A stretch of 64,000 nt of DNA from an uncultured Acidobacteriota bacterium (GTDB lineage Bacteria > Acidobacteriota > Thermoanaerobaculia > Multivoradales > UBA5704): positions 2,880,001 to 2,944,000 of the forward strand of contig OY969474.1 in the NCBI GenBank assembly GCA_963700145.1, given 5' to 3'. The first letter of the stretch is position 1. Every line of letters begins with the position of its first letter. The position numbers and the translations under genes were made by a program. The notes under the pieces were generated by a model. It did not search any database. It was given only the letters and a program-made list of their open reading frames with translations, and was not told where the DNA came from. Positions 27,891 through 38,397 of this stretch are shown piece by piece.

Positions 27891-28667
27891 ATGACCGATC
27901 AGAAGAAACTCAAGCGAGTCGTCCGCGCCCGGTCCGCCAAGACCGGCGAGAGCTATACCGCCGCGCGCCGCCAGGTCCTCGCGGCGCGTTCCAAGTCCAG
28001 CACCTCCACCGCCGATCCCGCACCGGCCAAGAAACCGGCCCTGGTCGCCGCGCCGGCGCCTGCTCCGGCGCCGCCGGCGTCGAAGTCGGGCGCGCTGACC
28101 GACAAGTCGGCGCGCGAGAAGACCGGCCACGGTCTCGACCACTGGTTCGCCGTCCTCGACGCCTTCGGCGCCGCCGAGAAGGGCCACACCGGCGCCGCCG
28201 ATCACCTCTACACCGTGCACGGCGTCCCCGGCTGGCACGCCCAGGGGATCACCGTCGCCTACGAGCGGGCGCGCGGCCTACGCCAGGTCAACCAGTCGTG
28301 CACCGGCAAGTTCCAGGTGTCGGTGTCGAAGACGGTGCCCGTGCCGGTGTCGGAGGTCGTCGCGGCGCTCCGCGACAAGCGGCGGCGGGCGGCCTGGACG
28401 AAGGGCACCGATCCGGCGCTCGTCGCCGCGCTCGAGGCCGCGTTCGCGGGTCCCAAGCCGCGCGAGGTCAAGACCAAGGGGAGCGACTACGCCTGGCTCC
28501 GCTACCCCTGGGACGGCGCGACGGTGGTGATCTACATCTACGGCAAGCCGAAGGGCGCGAGCGTAGTGGCGGACAGCAGCAACCTCCCCGAGCCGGAGCT
28601 GGTCGAGGTGCGCCGCGCGCAGTGGAAGGTCGCCCTCAACGGGCTGCTCCGCCACCTGAGCGGCTAA
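27891..28667 (+). CDS. DUF4287-like protein with basic N-terminal helix and SRPBCC-like C-terminus
   Basis: MTDQKKLKRVVRARSAKTGESYTAARRQ; EKTGHGLDHWFAVLD...HGVPGWHAQGITVAYERARGLR. Confidence 0.7.
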   Translation: MTDQKKLKRVVRARSAKTGESYTAARRQVLAARSKSSTSTADPAPAKKPALVAAPAPAPAPPASKSGALTDKSAREKTGHGLDHWFAVLDAFGAAEKGHTGAADHLYTVHGVPGWHAQGITVAYERARGLRQVNQSCTGKFQVSVSKTVPVPVSEVVAALRDKRRRAAWTKGTDPALVAALEAAFAGPKPREVKTKGSDYAWLRYPWDGATVVIYIYGKPKGASVVADSSNLPEPELVEVRRAQWKVALNGLLRHLSG

Positions 28668-28707
28668 GGCGCGAGTTGATCGGAGCCCGGCGCGAAAGCC
28701 TTCGCGC

Positions 28708-29976
28708 CTAGGGAACGAACGCGGCGGGCGGGAGGCGCACCACCTCGAAGAGGGTCGCCACCAGCTCGCCGTGCCGGCCGGCGCGGTGGGGGCTGCGGAA
28801 CTCCCACACCACCGTGCCGGCCGGCGTCACCTCGAACGCCCGCCCGCGCTCCGACTCGGTGATCAGCGTGTTGCCGTTGGCGAGGCGCTGGCAGGAGCCC
28901 GCCTCGGGCGAGGAGAAGCGCGCCGGCGGCTCGCCGTGGAACTCCCAGACGATCTCTCCCGTCGCCAGGTCCAGCTCCAGCACCCGCGAGTGGCCGCGGT
29001 AGCCGCGATTGTCGAAGAGGAGGAGGCGCCCGCCGGGGAGGAGGGTCGGCTGGTGCTGGGCATCCCAGGGACCGCGCCGTGCCCAGACGACCTCGCCGCG
29101 CGCCGGATCGACGAGCGCCACGGTGTCGATCTCACGCAGCGAGACGAGGACGCGCCCGGGCGCGAACGGCGGCGGCGCGCCGGCGGTGTCGCGCAGGACC
29201 TCGACGGTGTTGCTGTGGAAGATGTCGCCGGCCGGCGGCAGCGGCCTCAGGAGCGGCGCGAAGCGCGAGCGGCGGAGGGCGCGGAGGAGCGAGACGCGGC
29301 GCAACGGCCGGCCGTCGGGCTCCAGCTCGACGAGGAAGTCCTCGAGCACCGGCTGCTTCGGGTTCAGCTCCGGGACGAGGCGCGCCTCCTTTGTGAGGCC
29401 CCAGAGGCGGCCGCCGGCGTCCACGTCGAGGTCGTTGTAGAAGCCGGCGTCGTAGGCGCGCAGCAGCCGCGAGCCGCGGTCGAGCCGCACCAGGCCGGCG
29501 CCCTGGTAGAGCGCCAGGAGCGACCCGTCCGGCAGCAGCCTGGCGCGGCGGAAGTAGCCGCTCTGCTCGTCGGCGCGCTTGCCGGGGAAGGCGCGCGCGA
29601 AGGGGTGGCGCCAGCGGTGCAGCGGCCGCCCTTCCATGTCCATGAGGATGGCTTCCGGCGCGTGGCCGGAGACGTAGAGGTTGAGCCCCGGCTCGGCGCG
29701 GGCGCGGTCGTGGAAGACGACGCCGCTGCGGCCGCCGGCGCGGGCGCCTCCCGCCGAGTACGGCAGCGACATGGCGCGCGCGGCCTCTTCGGCGGCGCGG
29801 CGCCCGCCGGCCGCGGTCAGGCCGTCGAGCGCGAGGTGCCAGCGCCCCGGCGGAAAGGTGTCGCCGCGGCGGAGGACGCCGGCGTCGCGCGCGTCCCGCG
29901 CGCGCAGCAGCCAGACGGCGCCCAGCGCGAGCGCCAGGGCGAGCGCGAGGACGGCGAGCCGCCGGCGGAGGGGCAT
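28708..29976 (-). CDS. Arylsulfotransferase (ASST)-family beta-propeller protein
   Basis: DIFHSNTV, LVSLRE, QHQPTLLPGGRLLLFDN, QRLANGNTLITES..GRAFEV. Confidence 0.8.
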   Translation of the reverse strand: MPLRRRLAVLALALALALGAVWLLRARDARDAGVLRRGDTFPPGRWHLALDGLTAAGGRRAAEEAARAMSLPYSAGGARAGGRSGVVFHDRARAEPGLNLYVSGHAPEAILMDMEGRPLHRWRHPFARAFPGKRADEQSGYFRRARLLPDGSLLALYQGAGLVRLDRGSRLLRAYDAGFYNDLDVDAGGRLWGLTKEARLVPELNPKQPVLEDFLVELEPDGRPLRRVSLLRALRRSRFAPLLRPLPPAGDIFHSNTVEVLRDTAGAPPPFAPGRVLVSLREIDTVALVDPARGEVVWARRGPWDAQHQPTLLPGGRLLLFDNRGYRGHSRVLELDLATGEIVWEFHGEPPARFSSPEAGSCQRLANGNTLITESERGRAFEVTPAGTVVWEFRSPHRAGRHGELVATLFEVVRLPPAAFVP

Positions 29977-30020
29977 CGGCGCGCACGATACAATGCGCCC
30001 CTCGCCGGAGACCCGCCCCG

Positions 30021-31124
30021 TTGGACGTCCCTTATCTCGATCTCTCCCGCGCCCGCGCCCGCATCGCCGCGGAGCTGGAGACGCGCTGGCGGCGCGTCCT
30101 CGACACCAACGCCTTCATCCTCGGCCCCGAGGTGCGCGAGTTCGAGGAGCGCTTCGCCGCCTTCCTCGAAGTGCCGGCCTGCGCCGCGGTGGCGAACGGC
30201 ACCGACGCGCTGGTCCTGGCGCTGCGGGCGCTCGGCCTCGGGCCCGGCGACGAGGTGCTGGTCCCCGCCTTCAGCTTCTTCGCCACCGCCGAGGCGGTGA
30301 TCCTCCTGGGCGGCCGCCCGGTTTTCTGCGACGTCGAGCCGGCGACGCTGAACCTCGACCCGCGCGACGCCGCGGCGCGGGTGACGCCGCGCACCGTCGG
30401 CGTCATCGGCGTCCACCTCTACGGCCGTCCGTTCGACGTCGCGGCGACCACGGCGCTCTGCGAGCGGCACGGCCTCTGGCTGCTGGAGGACGCGGCGCAG
30501 GCGCAGGGGGCGCGGCTCGACGGCCGGCGCGTCGGCGGGCTCGCGCCGCTCGCCGCCTGGAGCTTCTACCCGACCAAGAACCTGGCCTGCTTCGGCGACG
30601 GCGGCGCGGTCACCGGGCGCGACCGCGAGCTGGTCGAGCGGGTGCGGCGGCTCGCCAACCACGGTCAGACCAGCCGCTACCACCACGTCGAGGTGGGGAC
30701 CAACAGCCGCCTCGACAGCCTGCAGGCCGCGGTGCTCAACTGCCGGCTGCCGCTCCTCGACGCCGACAACGCGCGCCGCCGCGAGCTGGCCTGCCGCTAC
30801 CACGGCGGCCTCGCCGGGGTGGGCGACCTGCGGCTCCTCGAGGACCCGCCGGGCTCGGTCTCGGTCTACCACCAGCTCACCGTCCGCACCGCGCGCCGCG
30901 ACGAGCTGGCGCAGCACCTCTCGGTGCGCGGCGTCGGCAGCTCGGTCCACTACCCCTCGCCGCTCCACCGCCAGCCCGCCCTCGACGGTCTGATCCCCGA
31001 CCCCGGCGAGCTGCCAGTCTCGACCGCCGCGGCGCGCGAGGTGCTCTGCCTGCCGATGTACGCCGAGCTCACCGACCGCGAGCTCGAGCAGGTGTGCGAG
31101 GCGGTGCAGAGCTTCTTCCGCTAA
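30021..31124 (+). CDS. DegT/DnrJ/EryC1/StrS aminotransferase
   Basis: ANGTDAL, VHLYG, EDAAQAQGA, SFYPTKNL (PLP Lys), NSRLDSLQAA. Confidence 0.93.
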   Translation: MDVPYLDLSRARARIAAELETRWRRVLDTNAFILGPEVREFEERFAAFLEVPACAAVANGTDALVLALRALGLGPGDEVLVPAFSFFATAEAVILLGGRPVFCDVEPATLNLDPRDAAARVTPRTVGVIGVHLYGRPFDVAATTALCERHGLWLLEDAAQAQGARLDGRRVGGLAPLAAWSFYPTKNLACFGDGGAVTGRDRELVERVRRLANHGQTSRYHHVEVGTNSRLDSLQAAVLNCRLPLLDADNARRRELACRYHGGLAGVGDLRLLEDPPGSVSVYHQLTVRTARRDELAQHLSVRGVGSSVHYPSPLHRQPALDGLIPDPGELPVSTAAAREVLCLPMYAELTDRELEQVCEAVQSFFR

Positions 31125-31130
31125 CCTAAG

Positions 31131-32084
31131 TCAGGTCGGTCTCGGCGGAAACTTCCCCACGACGTATTGCTGCACCCGCCGCGTCAGGTCCCGCCAGGGA
31201 TGATCCTGGTGAGCGAGCGCGCCGAGCGCGTCCAAAAGCTGCTTCTCCTTCTTCAAGAGCACGGCGTCGCTCGGCTTCTTGTCGAGCTCGATCTCCACCG
31301 CCAAGTACGGCTCGAGCAGCTTGAGCACACTCTCGAAGTGCGCGACGGCCTGTGCCGCCATGCCCACGTAGTCACAAGCGTCTCCCGCCATCGCGTGCAG
31401 CTTCGCCAGAGCAGACCTTTGATCGGCGGCATGGAACTGACCCTTTGGCTCGGTGGCGACCCGCCAGGTGAACTCGCACACCTGCTCCATCTGTAGCTCC
31501 AGCTCGTCGAGCCGCTTTCGTCGCCACTCGACTAGACCGGAGCGATGAAGCCCGGTGACCGCGATCGTGGCTTTACCGCGATCGCTCACTGCTCCGCCTT
31601 CGAGGAGAGCTTGAACCGATCCGTTGGCAGTGAAGCGCAAGTGAGCGGCGGGATCGACGCCCTGATTGCAGGGGTCGAGCAACAAGGGTGCCTCCCCCGT
31701 CTCCTCTCCACGTTTCTTGGCTCGCTTCGAGGGGTCTCGGAGCGGGAACTTGCAGGCTTTGCCGCCCTTTCCCGGCGTCGTGGAGCCGCCCGGCGCAACC
31801 AGCTCCTGTCGGCGCTCGCGGTTACAGTCGATGCACGACGGCAGCAGGTTCGTCCATTCCAGCTTGAGCCAGCCGTACCCTTTCCGCTTCGTGCCGTCGT
31901 CCTCCAGAACTTCTCCCTTGGGGCGATAGTGCTCCACGTCGGTCGGGCCGACCGCCGTGATTCGGCTCTCGCAGTAGGCGCACTTCGACTTGAACAACCG
32001 GTTCAGCTCGGCGACGACGTGTTTGTCCTTGTAGGTCTTGAACGGATGGGGCTGCGGCGGCGTTGGCCTGGTGACGAGGATCAT
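31131..32084 (-). CDS. PtuB-like HNH endonuclease with C-terminal helical extension
   Basis: KCAYCES...DVEHYRPKG...WTNLLPSCIDCN...LLLDPC; ATGA overlap with the upstream ATPase. Confidence 0.85.
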   Translation of the reverse strand: MILVTRPTPPQPHPFKTYKDKHVVAELNRLFKSKCAYCESRITAVGPTDVEHYRPKGEVLEDDGTKRKGYGWLKLEWTNLLPSCIDCNRERRQELVAPGGSTTPGKGGKACKFPLRDPSKRAKKRGEETGEAPLLLDPCNQGVDPAAHLRFTANGSVQALLEGGAVSDRGKATIAVTGLHRSGLVEWRRKRLDELELQMEQVCEFTWRVATEPKGQFHAADQRSALAKLHAMAGDACDYVGMAAQAVAHFESVLKLLEPYLAVEIELDKKPSDAVLLKKEKQLLDALGALAHQDHPWRDLTRRVQQYVVGKFPPRPT

Positions 32085-34279
32085 GGCGTGCGAGGCAGGG
32101 CCTGCTCATCCGCCTGCCAGAGTTCGGCGAGCTTTTCGACTGCTCGAGACGGCAGGTGGGTCTTGGCCAAGAGTGCCCTCTGCTCGCTGCGGCTCGCCAG
32201 GAAGGCCTCGATCGCCGCGTAACGCAGCTGCTCGAAGGGGGTGGAGCCCAGGACTTGCAGACGTTCGATCTCGGTCCTGAGTTCTTCCAACCGAGACCTG
32301 TCCGCGGGCGACTTGTCCTGCTTTGAGAGTAATGTCGAGTACTCTCGCGCAAAGGCGTCGAGCTGAGGATCGGCGGCGCTGTGCAGCCCAAAATGATCGG
32401 AGGTAAGGATCTGATCGACCCGGAGCCCTTCGATCGAAGGCAGGTCGGTGATCGCCACGATCTTGTCGCTTTCGTCGCGCTCCATGACCACGACCTCGCC
32501 AGCGCGCAGTCCCCGCAGGCAGAGTGGGTCGTGCGTCGTAGCCAGGAAGCGGACTTGCGGGAAAGCGGCCCGAAGCTGCTCCACGACCTTCATCTTCCAC
32601 CGCGGATGCAGGTGCGGCCCGATCTCGTCGAGGACCACGATTCCGACCGCGTCTGCGATGTTCTCCGTCCGCTGGGTGAAAAATCGCATGACGTCGACTG
32701 CAAGCGTGATCGCAGCTTTGTACCCGTCACTGAGACTTGCGAGCGGCACCGGCATTCCGGACTGTGAGACCTCGATCTGTCCCTTCGTGGGGTTCGGGAT
32801 CAACCGGTCGTCCGGGTCTCCCAGCATCCGCTCGATGGCCTCGGCGACGGAGGTCCATTGCAGCTCGGTGCGCGCCAGAAGCCACTCGGTCGGATCTCCC
32901 AAGGGCCAATAGGGATCGAACAGGTTCTCGACGCGAATGACTTCGGAGTGCGATTCTCTGGAAGCCGCGTCGCGTCGCGGCGGCAGGCGAGTGGCCCCAT
33001 AGGCGGCCAGCAACATCTTTGGTTTTTGTGGCACGACACGGAAACGCTTGGACCGCCGGGAGAGACTCAGCCGAATCGTCTCGGGCTCAGGATCACCCGA
33101 GAGCGTAATTGCGACTGTTGCCTTCGGCTGCCCGAACCGGATGAACTCTAGGGGATCGAGGTCAAGGGCGTTGGCAACGCGTTCGCCGGCCAGGGTGAGA
33201 GCGACGGCCTGAAGCACGCTGCTCTTGCCGGTGCTGTTCTCGCCCAGGAGGACGAGCCAAGGCTCGGTCTCGGTTGCTTCGCGAGGGAACTCGAGTTCCA
33301 GGTGCTCGATGCCCTTGAAGTCGTCGATGACCACCCGCTCGATCCACCGGTTGCCGCCGCCGAGCTGATAGTGCTCGGCTTGTCCCCTATCCTCGACCGA
33401 GTACGCCTTGACCTCCCGCTGCAGGCGCCGGGCGGCCCTTTTGACCTTTGCGCTAGGAGCCGGCCGGCTCAGGGCCTCGTTGGCAAGCTCAGACAGGGAC
33501 GCTCGCACCGCTTTCTTCTCCGCGCGCGTCCTCGAGGGGCGAGCCTTCGCTTCGGCCTCGATTAGAGAGTGCACGGACTGCCGACGGGCAGCCGCAAACG
33601 GGTAGGCGGGATCCGCAGTCTTGTCGGTGATCTCTTTGATCCGCGCCGCATCGCCTGTGGCGAACGCGAGAGCAAGCTCAAGCCGCAGCGCCTCGATGGC
33701 CGCTTTGCGCTGGGCTACCAGGTCCGAGCGGCTGAGCCCCAGAATCTCGATCGAAACCACCCCACGATCAGTCTTCCCCTCCACCCCACCGGCCAAGCCG
33801 AAGGACAAGTGCTCGGCGGGGTCCTCGATGCAGGGATCGATCAGATAGGCGCCTTCGGCGGCCAGATCAGCGCCAGGACTGGTAGCGCGTGCATGCCGAA
33901 CCGGGAATCGGTTCCGCTTGTACTTGCGGTTACAGAGCTGGCAGCAGTAGTAGAGGTTGGTCCACTCGTAGGCGAGCCACCAATAGCCGATGCTGGTCTT
34001 GCCGTCAAGGTCGGTGGCGGAGGCCTTCGGGCGGAACCAATCGATATCCGCGGTTTCCGTGGCCGGCAGAACCGACTCACAGTAGGCGCACTTGCCGTGG
34101 AACAGCTCCTCGAGGGCGGATCTCACGGTTGGATGAGCAACGACGCGAACATCAAAGTCGTCAGCACGCGGTACCCTCCCTTCGGCAACCAGCAGCTCGA
34201 GCTTCTTCCGGGCAGCTTCCGCTCGCCCACCCGTGCCGAAGAAGAGCTGTGGTCCGAGAGGCCGCTCGATCCGAATCAT
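32081..34279 (-). CDS. PtuA-like ABC/AAA ATPase fused to an N-terminal HNH-like domain
   Basis: N-terminal KCAYCES...DIDWFRPK...WTNLYYCCQLCN. ATPase: GENSTGKSS, YGATR, LSDGY, VLDEIGPHLHPRW, TTHDP. Lower GC than flanks. Confidence 0.85.
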   Translation of the reverse strand: MIRIERPLGPQLFFGTGGRAEAARKKLELLVAEGRVPRADDFDVRVVAHPTVRSALEELFHGKCAYCESVLPATETADIDWFRPKASATDLDGKTSIGYWWLAYEWTNLYYCCQLCNRKYKRNRFPVRHARATSPGADLAAEGAYLIDPCIEDPAEHLSFGLAGGVEGKTDRGVVSIEILGLSRSDLVAQRKAAIEALRLELALAFATGDAARIKEITDKTADPAYPFAAARRQSVHSLIEAEAKARPSRTRAEKKAVRASLSELANEALSRPAPSAKVKRAARRLQREVKAYSVEDRGQAEHYQLGGGNRWIERVVIDDFKGIEHLELEFPREATETEPWLVLLGENSTGKSSVLQAVALTLAGERVANALDLDPLEFIRFGQPKATVAITLSGDPEPETIRLSLSRRSKRFRVVPQKPKMLLAAYGATRLPPRRDAASRESHSEVIRVENLFDPYWPLGDPTEWLLARTELQWTSVAEAIERMLGDPDDRLIPNPTKGQIEVSQSGMPVPLASLSDGYKAAITLAVDVMRFFTQRTENIADAVGIVVLDEIGPHLHPRWKMKVVEQLRAAFPQVRFLATTHDPLCLRGLRAGEVVVMERDESDKIVAITDLPSIEGLRVDQILTSDHFGLHSAADPQLDAFAREYSTLLSKQDKSPADRSRLEELRTEIERLQVLGSTPFEQLRYAAIEAFLASRSEQRALLAKTHLPSRAVEKLAELWQADEQALPRTP

Positions 34280-34398
34280 CCGCCGGCGCTCCGCGCTGAG
34301 AAGAGTTGCAGCCAATTCTACACGACCTACTCGGTGGCTATAATGCGGTGATTGCCGTGCCTAGTGGTGACACTCCACGCACCCTGCGGAGAATCCGA

Positions 34399-35507
<1,109 letters not shown>

Positions 35508-35511
<4 letters not shown>

Positions 35512-36509
35512 GCGAAGAGTCCCCGCCGCCCGCGGCCGCCGCGGTCGAGCCCCCCGCGCCCGGGCTCGAGCGGTTGGGGCGGCGGCTGGGCGTGCCGCTG
35601 CTGCTGGCGCTGCTCGCCCTGGTCGGCCTGGTGCTGGTGGCCGACGCCGAGAAGCTGGCCGCCGAGCTTCACCGCTTCGATCTCTGGCTCCTCCTCCCCG
35701 TCCTCGGCCTCTCGCTGATCAACTACACGCTCCGCTGGCTGCGTTGGGAGATCTACCTCGCGCGGCTCGGCGTCCGCCTGCCGCGCCCGCGGAGCCTGGC
35801 GGTCTTCCTGGTCGGGTTCCTGCTCGGGATCACCCCCGGCAAGGCGGGTGAGCTGGGGAAGGCCTGGATCATCCGCGAGCTGGGGGGTGGGCCGGCGCGG
35901 CGCGTGGTGCCGGCGGTGCTCGCCGAGCGGGTGACCGACCTCGCGGGGGCGCTTCTCCTGCTCACGCCCGGGGCCCTGGCGCTCCCCGGCGGGCCCTGGA
36001 TCGCGGCCGCGGGTCTCGCGTCGGCGGCGGCGCTGATCCTGCTGCTCACCTGGCGGCGCGGCGCGGTGCGCGTCTTCGCGCTGCTCGGGCGCCTGCCGCT
36101 CGTCGGCCGGCGCATCCACGTCCTCGCCGAGCTCTACGACGGGGTGCGCGACCTCATCTCGCCGGGGCGCCTGGAGCTGGGGCTGGTCCTGGCGATGGTC
36201 GCCTGGGGCGCCGAGGGGATGGGGTTCTGGCTGGTGATCCGCGAGTACGACCCGAGCGCCGGGGCGCTGCTCGCGCTCTTCAACTACACCGCCAGCACCT
36301 GCCTCGGCGGACTCTCGGTACTGCCGGGAGGGCTCGTCGCGGTCGAGGGGATGCTCACCGCGCTGCTCGACTCCCAGGGCCTCTCCACCGCCGCCGCCGC
36401 TTCGGCGACCCTGATCATCCGCGCCGCCACCCTCTGGTTCGCCGTCCTCCTCGGCCTCGCCGCCCTTCCCTTCGTCGCCCACTGGCTGCGGCGGCGGCGG
36501 CGGGGATAG
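35508..36509 (+). CDS. Lysylphosphatidylglycerol-synthase TM / flippase-like membrane protein (start uncertain)
   Basis: LRWLRW, ITPGKAGELGK, AERVTDL, LPGGLVAVEG, LIIRAATLW; possible CTG start overlapping the upstream TGA. Confidence 0.8.
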
Positions 36510-36528
36510 CGCTCCGGCGCCCTGCGAG

Positions 36529-38397
36529 ATGATCCCCCGCATGGCGCGCAACGGGGGACGGCGGCGGTGGGCGCTCCTGGCGGTCCTCGCGCTCGCGTTG
36601 CTGGTGCGGGTCGCGCACTGGTGGGTGGTGCGCGAGGCGCCGTTCGTGGCCTCCCTGGCGGTCGATGCGCAGGAGTACGACGCCTGGGCTCAGCGGCTCG
36701 CCGCCGGCGCCTGGCTGGGGGAGGAGACGTTCTTCCAGGCGCCGCTCTATCCCTACTTGCTGGGGGCGCTCTACGCCGTTTCGGGGCGGAGCCTCGACGC
36801 CGTCTACCTGCTGCAGATCCTCGCCGCCGTCGCCGGCTGCTGGGCGCTCTACCGCGCCGGCCGGGCGATGGCGGGCGAGCGGGCGGGGCTCGCCGCCGCC
36901 GCTCTCGCCGCGCTCTACGGACCGTTCGTCTTCTACGACGTGCAGGTCGCCAAGGAGTCGCTGGCGGTCACCGCCGTCTGCTTCCTGCTCTGGGCTCTCG
37001 CCGCGGCGCGCGCCAGCGGGCGCGCCGCGCTCTGGCTCGCCGCCGGCGCCCTCCTCGGTGTGTTGGCGCTGCTGCGCGAGAACGCGCTCCTCGCCGCGCC
37101 GTTCCTCCTGCCGCTCGCCTGGGAGCGCGGGCGCGGCCTTCCCGCCTTCGCGCGCCGCGCCGGCGTCTTCCTCCTCGGCCTCGCCCTCGCGCTCGCGCCG
37201 GTCGCCTGGCGCAACCTGGCGGTCGGCGGCAGCCCGCTGCCCACGACCTTCCAGGGGGGCGTGAACCTCTGGATCGGCAACAACCCCGACGCCGACGGCA
37301 CCTACCGGCCGCTGGTCCCCGGCCGGCAGGTCCCGGCGCTCGAGCGGCAGGCGCCGGTCGCCCTCGCCGAGCGCGCGGCCGGCCGGCGGCTCGGCCCGGC
37401 CGAGGTCTCCGCCTTCTGGGCGCGGCGGGCCCTCGCCTGGGCGGCGGAGCGGCCGGCCGACGCCCTGCGCCTGCAGCTCCGCAAGCTGGCGATGTTCTGG
37501 AGCTGGTACGAGTGGCCGGACGCGGTCGATTACTACCACCTGCGCCGCCTCTCACTGCCGCTGCGGCTGGCGGCCGTCGAATTCGGGGGCGTGTCGCTCC
37601 TGGCGCTCCTCGGGCTCGCGCTCTGGATCGCCCGCCGCCGCGCCGGCGCGCCGGCCCCGGCCCTCGCCCCCACCCTTCTCTGGATCGCCGGCTGGACGCT
37701 CTCGACGGTCGTCTTCTTCCTCTTCTCCCGCTACCGCCTGCCGGTCGTGCCGGCGCTTCTCCTCCTTGCCGCGCTGCCGCTCGCCGCGATCCCCGAGCTC
37801 TACCGCGCCGGCGCCCGGCGCCGGGCCCTCCTCCTCGCTGGCGTCTGCCTCGCCGCGCTCGCGGCGCCGCACTTCGCCGGTTTCCGGCCGCGCATGGACC
37901 TCGTGCACTACAACCTGGCGCGGATCGCCGAAGAGCAGGGGCGCCCTGAGGCGGCGGCCGCGCACGACCGCGCGGCCCTGCGCCTCGACCCGTCGGCCTT
38001 CCTGCCCCACCTGACGCTGGGCAACCGAGCCGCGCGCGCCGGCGATCTCGACGCGGCGCTCGCGCACTTCCGTCGCGCCGCGGCGCTCGAGCCGCGCTCG
38101 CCGGAAGCCTGGAGCAACCTGGGAGGGGCCTACCTCGCGCTCGGGGACGCCGCCCGCGCCCGGCGCGCCCTCGAGCGGGCGCTGGCGCTCGACCCGGCGA
38201 GCCTGCCGGCGCTCCACAACCTGGCGCTCCTGGCCGAGCGCGAGGGCGACCTCGACCGCGCCCGCGGCCTCAATCGCCGGGCCCTGGCGCTCGATCCGGC
38301 GAACGCGGCCGCCCGGCGCCTGGCGGAGCGCCTCCGGAACGCGGTCGCGCCCCCCGGTCAGCCGCTCCCTCCGGCAGGACCTCGAAGACGACGCTGA
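36529..38397 (+). CDS. GT39/PMT-like GT-C glycosyltransferase with C-terminal TPRs
   Basis: VDAQEYDAWA, FQAPLYPY, GGVNLWIGNNP, SRYRLP; TPRs (AWSNLGGAY, ALHNLALL). Confidence 0.82.
   Translation: MIPRMARNGGRRRWALLAVLALALLVRVAHWWVVREAPFVASLAVDAQEYDAWAQRLAAGAWLGEETFFQAPLYPYLLGALYAVSGRSLDAVYLLQILAAVAGCWALYRAGRAMAGERAGLAAAALAALYGPFVFYDVQVAKESLAVTAVCFLLWALAAARASGRAALWLAAGALLGVLALLRENALLAAPFLLPLAWERGRGLPAFARRAGVFLLGLALALAPVAWRNLAVGGSPLPTTFQGGVNLWIGNNPDADGTYRPLVPGRQVPALERQAPVALAERAAGRRLGPAEVSAFWARRALAWAAERPADALRLQLRKLAMFWSWYEWPDAVDYYHLRRLSLPLRLAAVEFGGVSLLALLGLALWIARRRAGAPAPALAPTLLWIAGWTLSTVVFFLFSRYRLPVVPALLLLAALPLAAIPELYRAGARRRALLLAGVCLAALAAPHFAGFRPRMDLVHYNLARIAEEQGRPEAAAAHDRAALRLDPSAFLPHLTLGNRAARAGDLDAALAHFRRAAALEPRSPEAWSNLGGAYLALGDAARARRALERALALDPASLPALHNLALLAEREGDLDRARGLNRRALALDPANAAARRLAERLRNAVAPPGQPLPPAGPRRRR

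Noticed and set aside
38270-38397. 128-bp convergent overlap between two GT genes as a regulatory feature
   Set aside because: Both tails are low-complexity; stop-codon scarcity in high-GC DNA explains it.
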